From Pseudothioglobus sp. nBUS_23 (GTDB lineage Bacteria; Pseudomonadota; Gammaproteobacteria; PS1; Pseudothioglobaceae), in assembly GCF_051201565.1 (NCBI RefSeq), contig NZ_CP179200.1, forward strand, positions 330,001 through 362,000: 32,000 nt of DNA, given 5' to 3'. Positions 27,256 to 32,000 of the stretch are shown here, in pieces (position 1 is the stretch's first letter; each line of letters begins with the position of its first letter). The notes under the pieces were generated by a model. It was not told the DNA's origin. It worked only from the letters and a program-made list of their open reading frames with translations, and searched no databases. Made by a program: the position numbers and the translations under genes.

Positions 27256-27814
27256 TAAAGTTTTGATCAATCAGGTGGCAAATTATGTGGCCAACCAATA
27301 TGTGCATTTCTTGAATTCGGGGGGTGTTATTAGATGGAACTTTTATTGCAATATCACAAATTTCATTCATAATACCTCCATTTATGCCAGTTAATCCAAT
27401 TGTTTTGCAAGATAAATTTGATGCAACTTGAAGAGCATTGATAACATTTTGACTATTACCACTTGTGCTAATACCAATAACAACATCTTTATCAACAGCT
27501 AATGCTTCAATTTGACGATCGAAAATATGATTGAAGCCAAAGTCATTACCAATTGAAGTGAGAGCCGACGTATCGGTTGTAAGTGCTATAGCCGGCAAAC
27601 CTTTCCGTTTTAATTTAAACCTTCCTACCAACTCTGCTGCAATATGTTGTGCATCTGCAGCGCTTCCACCGTTACCAAATAGAAGAATCTTACCTCCTGA
27701 ATTGAGAATATCAATACAAAGCTGCGAGGCATTGGCAATCTCATCAGTTATCTCTGAGAGATGGTTTATTGATTGAATGTGTCCATCTAATTCATTTTGA
27801 ATTTCATTTTTCAT
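27245..27814 (-). CDS. gmhA: Phosphoheptose isomerase (sedoheptulose-7-phosphate isomerase)
   Basis: 189 aa SIS domain. The blocks are LLFGNGGSAADAQHIAAELVGRF, ALTTDTSALTSIGNDFG and GISTSGNSQNV. Its 3' end overlaps waaF by 11 nt in convergent orientation. Confidence 0.9.
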   Translation of the reverse strand: MKNEIQNELDGHIQSINHLSEITDEIANASQLCIDILNSGGKILLFGNGGSAADAQHIAAELVGRFKLKRKGLPAIALTTDTSALTSIGNDFGFNHIFDRQIEALAVDKDVVIGISTSGNSQNVINALQVASNLSCKTIGLTGINGGIMNEICDIAIKVPSNNTPRIQEMHILVGHIICHLIDQNFTIL

Positions 27815-27822
27815 AATTTGAA

Positions 27823-29250
27823 TTATTTCTGTTTTTGAATTTTATTGATAATTTTCGAAGTGCTCTTTCCTTCAATAAATTTAACTAATTTCAAATCCTC
27901 AGCAATATCAGCTCCAATTATTTCTTTTCCCTCATAGTCACCCCCTTTAACTAAAACATTTGGTTTAATTAATTTAATTAAATCATAGGGATTTTCATCA
28001 TCAAATATTACGACATAATCAACTGCCTCTAAAGAGGCTAAGATATAAGCCCTATCTAGTTCAGCATTAATTGGACGATTATTTCCTTTAATACTTTTTA
28101 CTGATTTATCTGAATTCATCCCTACTATTAAAACATCACCAAAGCTTTTGGATTGCTCTAAATATTTTACATGGCCAGTATGCAAAATATCAAAGCAACC
28201 ATTAGTAAATACAATTTTTTTGTTTTTTGACTTTAGCTCATTAACAATAGATGATATCTCTTTCCAATTTTTTATGTGTTGATCGCTTGTGGATTTATTA
28301 AGATTTGATTCATATTCGATTATTTCAGTTAAGGTTGCTGTTGCAGCACCAATCTTTCCAACTACAACTCCAGCAGATAGATTTGAAAATTTAATAGCAC
28401 TGTCAATATTGCTATTCAATGAGAGGGCAAATCCAAGAGACGCTAAAATCGTATCACCCGCACCTGTTACGTCAAATACTTGTCTTGCAACAGTAGGGTG
28501 TATCTGTAAATCCTTATCATAGACTGCAACACCTTCTTCACTCAAGGTAATAATAGAATATTTAAGATTAAGTTGATTTTTTAGGGCTTTAATAGCTTTT
28601 TCAAGAGTGACCTCATCAGTTATATAAATATTAGTTGCCTCACTCGCTTCTTTTTTATTAGGTGTTAAAAGAAATGCACCAGAATATTTAGAGTAATCTT
28701 GACCTTTTGGGTCAACAAGAACTCTCTTGTTATGATCATTAGCAGTTGAAATTATCGACTCAGTTAATTTATGGGTGAGTAGGCCTTTTCCATAATCTGA
28801 GAGAAGGATAACATCATAATGCACAATATTCTTTTTAAGTTGATTAAGAATTGCTTTTTGAGATTTTTCATCTATTTCGTCGGTACTCTCTCGGTCGTAA
28901 CGAACTACTTGCTGTTGTGAGGAGATTATTCTACTTTTTTTACTACTAATTCGATTCTTTTGAATTACGAGTTTGTCTGTATTAACATTAATATCTTCTA
29001 ACAATTCAATTAATTTATTAGAAACATCACATTTACCAATGACACTAATGACTTCTGCATCTGCACCTAATGCTTGAAGGTTGTTAACCACATTACCAGC
29101 ACCGCCTAAAAAATAACTCTCATTTGTAACATCAATAACTTGAACAGGTGCCTCGGGCGATATTCGCTTACATGACCCCCAAAGATAGTGATCTATCATT
29201 AAGTCGCCAATTACAAGTATCCTAGGATTTGAGTCTTTGAAATTAATCAT
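27823..29250 (-). CDS. hldE: Bifunctional D-beta-D-heptose 7-phosphate kinase / D-beta-D-heptose 1-phosphate adenylyltransferase
   Basis: 475 aa. The N-terminal ribokinase-like domain has VIGDLMIDHY and DVTGAGDT. The C-terminal cytidylyltransferase domain has the HxGH motif TNGCFDILHTGHVKYL. Confidence 0.9.
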   Translation of the reverse strand: MINFKDSNPRILVIGDLMIDHYLWGSCKRISPEAPVQVIDVTNESYFLGGAGNVVNNLQALGADAEVISVIGKCDVSNKLIELLEDINVNTDKLVIQKNRISSKKSRIISSQQQVVRYDRESTDEIDEKSQKAILNQLKKNIVHYDVILLSDYGKGLLTHKLTESIISTANDHNKRVLVDPKGQDYSKYSGAFLLTPNKKEASEATNIYITDEVTLEKAIKALKNQLNLKYSIITLSEEGVAVYDKDLQIHPTVARQVFDVTGAGDTILASLGFALSLNSNIDSAIKFSNLSAGVVVGKIGAATATLTEIIEYESNLNKSTSDQHIKNWKEISSIVNELKSKNKKIVFTNGCFDILHTGHVKYLEQSKSFGDVLIVGMNSDKSVKSIKGNNRPINAELDRAYILASLEAVDYVVIFDDENPYDLIKLIKPNVLVKGGDYEGKEIIGADIAEDLKLVKFIEGKSTSKIINKIQKQK

Positions 29251-30251
29251 TTAATATCTTCACGGTGAAGTTTTTTAATTTCTGGAATGTAATCTTTTAT
29301 CCCTTCCTCAAGAGAATAAATCGGATTAAAGCCAATATTTTCCGAAGTCAATTTAATGTTGGCTTTTGTATTCATTTGGTAGCCTTTATAGGGATTTGAA
29401 AAATAATCGATTTCAAATTTAGTTTTGAGATTGATTTGAAGTATTTCAGCAATATCTAAGAAGCTTCTAGGATTACCTGTGCCAACATTGTAAACACCAT
29501 TCTTCTTTGGACTACAAGCTTTTATATTAGCCTGTATAACATCTTTAATATAAATAAAGTCTCTATAAATTTGATCAGAATTATAAAAAAGACGAGGTTT
29601 TTTTCCATCTAGAATTTGATGTCCAAGCTGAATAACCATAGATGATGTAGTTGCTTTAAAAAATTCTTTTGACCCATAAACATTAAAAAATCTTAATCCT
29701 ACGATTGACATCTCAGGATTTTCATTTGCAAATTTAATAGCAATTTGGTCCATCAGATACTTACTAAAACCATATGGATTTTCAGGACTCTCTTTGCCGA
29801 CAGTTTGAGGAGAAGGAAGACTGCCATATGTTGCAGCAGAGCTTGCATAGACCAGAACAGAGCTATGTTTTTTTGCTAAATTAAGAATATCAAAAAAAGA
29901 ATTAACATTAGTTTGCATTATAATTTCTTGATCATAAACTCTAGTGTCAGAAATTGCAGCTTGATGAAAAATATAGTCAAAATTGTGATCATTCAGCAAT
30001 GATAAGTCATCTTTGTTATTGATATTCCCACAAATAACATCACCTTGAAATCCAATGAGATTTTTATAGTGTCCAAAACTATGGAGATTCCCATTAGAAA
30101 AGGTATTTTCATTCCTAAAACAATCAAAGATTATTATTTTAGCTTTTGGAAAGTTTTCTTGAAAATAAAAAGCCAGATTGCTTCCAATAAATCCTGCGCC
30201 ACCAGTAATTAGTATTATTTTATTGTTGAAATTGATATCACTGAAATTCAT
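29247..30251 (-). CDS. hldD: ADP-L-glycero-D-manno-heptose 6-epimerase
   Basis: 334 aa SDR. It has the Rossmann motif ITGGAGFIGSN, then VYASSAATYG, the YxxxK motif in YGFSKYLMD, GLRFFNVYG and YRDFIYIKDV, all collinear with E. coli HldD. Its stop overlaps the hldE start as ATGA. Confidence 0.85.
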   Translation of the reverse strand: MNFSDINFNNKIILITGGAGFIGSNLAFYFQENFPKAKIIIFDCFRNENTFSNGNLHSFGHYKNLIGFQGDVICGNINNKDDLSLLNDHNFDYIFHQAAISDTRVYDQEIIMQTNVNSFFDILNLAKKHSSVLVYASSAATYGSLPSPQTVGKESPENPYGFSKYLMDQIAIKFANENPEMSIVGLRFFNVYGSKEFFKATTSSMVIQLGHQILDGKKPRLFYNSDQIYRDFIYIKDVIQANIKACSPKKNGVYNVGTGNPRSFLDIAEILQINLKTKFEIDYFSNPYKGYQMNTKANIKLTSENIGFNPIYSLEEGIKDYIPEIKKLHREDIK

Positions 30252-30272
30252 ATTTGACTATATTTGACTATA
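30251..30272. repeat. Perfect tandem duplication of a 10-bp unit (tatttgacta x2, then ta) abutting the hldD start codon
   Basis: Read directly: 30251-30260 tatttgacta, 30261-30270 tatttgacta, 30271-30272 ta. On the coding (minus) strand this reads TAGTCAAATA TAGTCAAATA TG..., so the second copy supplies the A of the hldD ATG. Confidence 0.9.
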
Positions 30273-30292
30273 AGTAACTCATTAATTGATAT

Positions 30293-30322
30293 TTTATAAT
30301 AAATACTATATTAATTAAGCAA
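30293..30322 (-). promoter_or_regulatory. Candidate sigma70-type promoter for the hldD-hldE-gmhA operon
   Basis: The minus strand reads TTGCTT (complement of 30317-30322), an 18-nt spacer, then TATAAA (complement of 30293-30298), about 40 nt upstream of the hldD ATG. Such matches are common by chance in AT-rich DNA. Confidence 0.25.
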
Positions 30323-30381
30323 GTTATAAAATATCAGCTAGAGGCTTATATTTCATACAGAAGCTACTATTAAATACGTAA

Positions 30382-30390
30382 TGGTATAAA
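30382..30390 (+). promoter_or_regulatory. Candidate extended -10 promoter element for the TviB-like dehydrogenase / gmd transcription unit
   Basis: TGgTATAAA at 30382-30390 matches the extended -10 consensus TGnTATAAT at 8 of 9 positions, about 67 nt upstream of the ATG at 30457. An alternative is TTGGCA (30401-30406), 15 nt, then TAAAAT (30422-30427). Confidence 0.25.
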
Positions 30391-30456
30391 ATGTTTTTCT
30401 TTGGCACTAAATTACTTTTATTAAAATAGATAGTGCATTTCAATTGGATTATCTAA

Positions 30457-31725
30457 ATGGCTGAAAAAGTAATCGCGGTTATTGGACTTGGATATGTTGG
30501 CCTCCCTCTGGCTGTAGAGTTTGGAAAGAAACGCAAAGTAGTTGGATATGATATTGATAAACGTAGGATTTCAGAACTAAAAAAATTTATCGATAGTACC
30601 CTAGAAATTAGATCGAAAGACTTATCTGACTCTTCCCAACTATCTTTTACATCTGATTTAAAAGATATTGAAAGTTGTTCAATATATATAGTTACTGTTC
30701 CCACACCAATTAATGATGACAAATCTCCAAAATTAGATGCCTTAGAGGGTTCTTCAAAAAGTGTCGCAAGTGTGTTAAAGAAAAACGATATTGTAATTTA
30801 TGAATCCACTGTTTATCCTGGAGCTACAGAAGAATTTTGTGTTCCAATTCTAGAAAAATATTCTGGTTTAAAATTCAATGTCGATTTTTTTTGTGGCTAC
30901 TCTCCAGAACGGATAAATCCTGGTGATAAGGTTAATCGACTAATTAATATAAAAAAAGTTACTTCTGGTTCAAACCCTATAATAGCTAATGAAGTTGATA
31001 ATCTTTATTTAGAAATTATTAAAGCAGGTACTCATAAGGCTAGTAGTATAAAAATTGCTGAGGCATCAAAAGTTGTCGAAAATACCCAAAGAGATCTAAA
31101 TATTGCCCTTATGAATGAACTTTCAGTAATATTTGGAAAGCTAAAGATTGATACAGAAGAGGTTCTTCTAGCTGCAGAAACTAAATGGAATTTTTTACCA
31201 TTTAGGCCAGGGTTGGTTGGAGGTCATTGTATTCATGTTGACCCATATTACTTAGCATATAAATCACTTGAGTTGGGCCATAATCCAGAAATTATTCTAT
31301 CTGGTAGAAGAATGAACGATGGTATGGGGTCATATGTTGCAAATCAAGTTGCATCACTTATGGAGAAAAAAAATATTAGTTTCTTAAATGCAAATATACT
31401 AGTTATGGGCCTTACATTCAAAGAAAATTGCCCTGATTTGCGCAATACTAATGTTATTAATTTGATTACAAAATTTCAAGATCTAGGTTGTAACGTTGAT
31501 GTTTATGATCCTTGGGTTGAAAAAGAAAACGCATTCAAAGAATTTGGTATAAATATCATTGAAAAGCCGTTAAATAACAAATATGATGGCATTGTTCTAG
31601 CAGTGGCACATGATCATTTTAAAAATATTCCACTTGCGACATTAAATGACTTTGGTAAAGATAATTTTGTTCTTTATGATATAAAATATATCTTAAAAGC
31701 TCATGAAGTTGATGGAAGGCTTTAA
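30457..31725 (+). CDS. UDP-N-acetylhexosamine 6-dehydrogenase of the TviB/WbpO/CapL type (makes UDP-GlcNAcA or UDP-GalNAcA)
   Basis: 422 aa, collinear with remembered Salmonella TviB over its whole length. Shared blocks are IAVIGLGYVGLPLAVEFGKKRKVVGYD, YIVTVPTPI, YESTVYPGATEEFCVPIL, GYSPERINPGDK, ENTQRDLNIALMNEL, KWNFLPFRPGLVGGHCIHVDPYYL and TFKENCPDLRNT. Confidence 0.85.
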   Translation: MAEKVIAVIGLGYVGLPLAVEFGKKRKVVGYDIDKRRISELKKFIDSTLEIRSKDLSDSSQLSFTSDLKDIESCSIYIVTVPTPINDDKSPKLDALEGSSKSVASVLKKNDIVIYESTVYPGATEEFCVPILEKYSGLKFNVDFFCGYSPERINPGDKVNRLINIKKVTSGSNPIIANEVDNLYLEIIKAGTHKASSIKIAEASKVVENTQRDLNIALMNELSVIFGKLKIDTEEVLLAAETKWNFLPFRPGLVGGHCIHVDPYYLAYKSLELGHNPEIILSGRRMNDGMGSYVANQVASLMEKKNISFLNANILVMGLTFKENCPDLRNTNVINLITKFQDLGCNVDVYDPWVEKENAFKEFGINIIEKPLNNKYDGIVLAVAHDHFKNIPLATLNDFGKDNFVLYDIKYILKAHEVDGRL

Positions 31726-31782
31726 AAAAATAGAATATCAATATTAAAGTTAGAATTATTTTTACTACTGAGGGATAAAGAA

Positions 31783-32000
31783 TTGAAAAAAGCTTTTATA
31801 ACAGGCGTGACTGGTCAAGATGGGTCCTACCTAGCTGAGTTACTTCTAGAAAAAAATTATGAAGTGCATGCAATTATTAGAAGAACTTCGATTTTTAATA
31901 CATCTAGAATTGATCACCTAGATTCTAATCCAAATTTTATTACTTACTATGGAGACCTAACTGATTCAAGCAACCTTAATAGAATTCTGAGGAAAATACA
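31783..32000 (+). CDS. gmd: GDP-mannose 4,6-dehydratase, N-terminal part; the gene runs off the right edge of the window
   Basis: My translation from TTG 31783 gives [72 protein letters not shown]. It is collinear with E. coli Gmd ([31 protein letters not shown]...YGDLSDTSNLTRIL). GAGGG lies about 9 nt upstream. This ORF is not in the supplied track. Confidence 0.85.
   Translation, partial: MKKAFITGVTGQDGSYLAELLLEKNYEVHAIIRRTSIFNTSRIDHLDSNPNFITYYGDLTDSSNLNRILRKI

Noticed and set aside
2533-28522. Short ORFs from the six-frame track nested in or antisense to large conserved genes: 2533-2742, 3408-3635, 4392-4574, 5045-5251, 7706-7933, 7766-7993, 12164-12370, 16973-17170, 18578-18802, 18933-19124, 23306-23512, 26622-26840, 27531-27776 and 28289-28522.
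   Set aside because: Each lies wholly inside a longer ORF whose product has unmistakable family motifs. Their translations are low-complexity or compositionally odd with no recognisable motifs. In AT-rich DNA, alternate-frame ORFs of 60-80 codons are expected by chance.
30252-30456. A search for JUMPstart/ops (GGCGGTAG) RfaH-recruitment elements in this and the other divergent intergenic regions (11898-12002, 14713-14778, 20334-20399).
   Set aside because: No copy of GGCGGTAG or its reverse complement is present in any of them. The nearest string (gtagggtg, near 11920) is not a match.
30453-30722. An 89-aa ORF antisense to the 5' end of the TviB-like dehydrogenase gene.
   Set aside because: It overlaps the highly conserved Rossmann-fold N-terminus (IGLGYVGLPLAVEFG) of the plus-strand gene, and its own sequence has no family resemblance. 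It is a shadow ORF.
1-32000. A window-wide look for CRISPR arrays, IS/transposase or integrase genes, tRNA/rRNA genes, long direct or inverted repeats, and defence or toxin-antitoxin gene pairs.
   Set aside because: None was recognised. Every ORF over about 100 codons is accounted for by housekeeping or glycan-biosynthesis families. Intergenic space is too short (maximum 205 nt) to hide structured RNA genes of tRNA size with recognisable cloverleaf arms. By-eye scanning cannot exclude small ncRNAs.

Overview
The window is AT-rich and almost entirely coding. It has no rRNA, tRNA, CRISPR array, transposase or integrase that I can recognise. Protein similarities (ClpA, SurE, LptG, Ugd, WaaC, HldD, TviB read against remembered E. 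coli/Salmonella sequences) suggest a streamlined gammaproteobacterium; that is inference, not a database result.

Positions 1-12000 carry housekeeping genes: tadA (partial), a LysE-family exporter, an AT3-SGNH O-acyltransferase, guaA, lptG, clpS, a gamma-butyrobetaine-hydroxylase-like dioxygenase wedged between clpS and clpA, clpA, surE and glnS.

Positions 12000-32000 are one dense cell-envelope glycan locus, most likely LPS core plus nucleotide-sugar supply. It holds:
- the complete ADP-L-glycero-D-manno-heptose pathway (gmhA, hldE, gmhB, hldD);
- five GT9 (heptosyltransferase-family) paralogues, including good waaC and waaF candidates;
- a WaaL/Wzy_C-family ligase;
- two GT2 enzymes and one further GT-A-like protein;
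- ugd, a TviB/WbpO-type UDP-HexNAc dehydrogenase, manC and the start of gmd.

The least explained part is a translationally coupled cassette at 22287-26329, sitting between two GT9 genes. It encodes an MBOAT, a membrane-anchored DltD-like protein, a SAM methyltransferase and an uncharacterised GT-A-like protein. The MBOAT/DltD-like pair has no dltA/dltC partner in the window and is my best candidate for an undescribed glycan-decoration system. I see no evidence for a defence, toxin or mobile system. All functional calls rest on motif and similarity recognition by eye and need HMM or structure confirmation.
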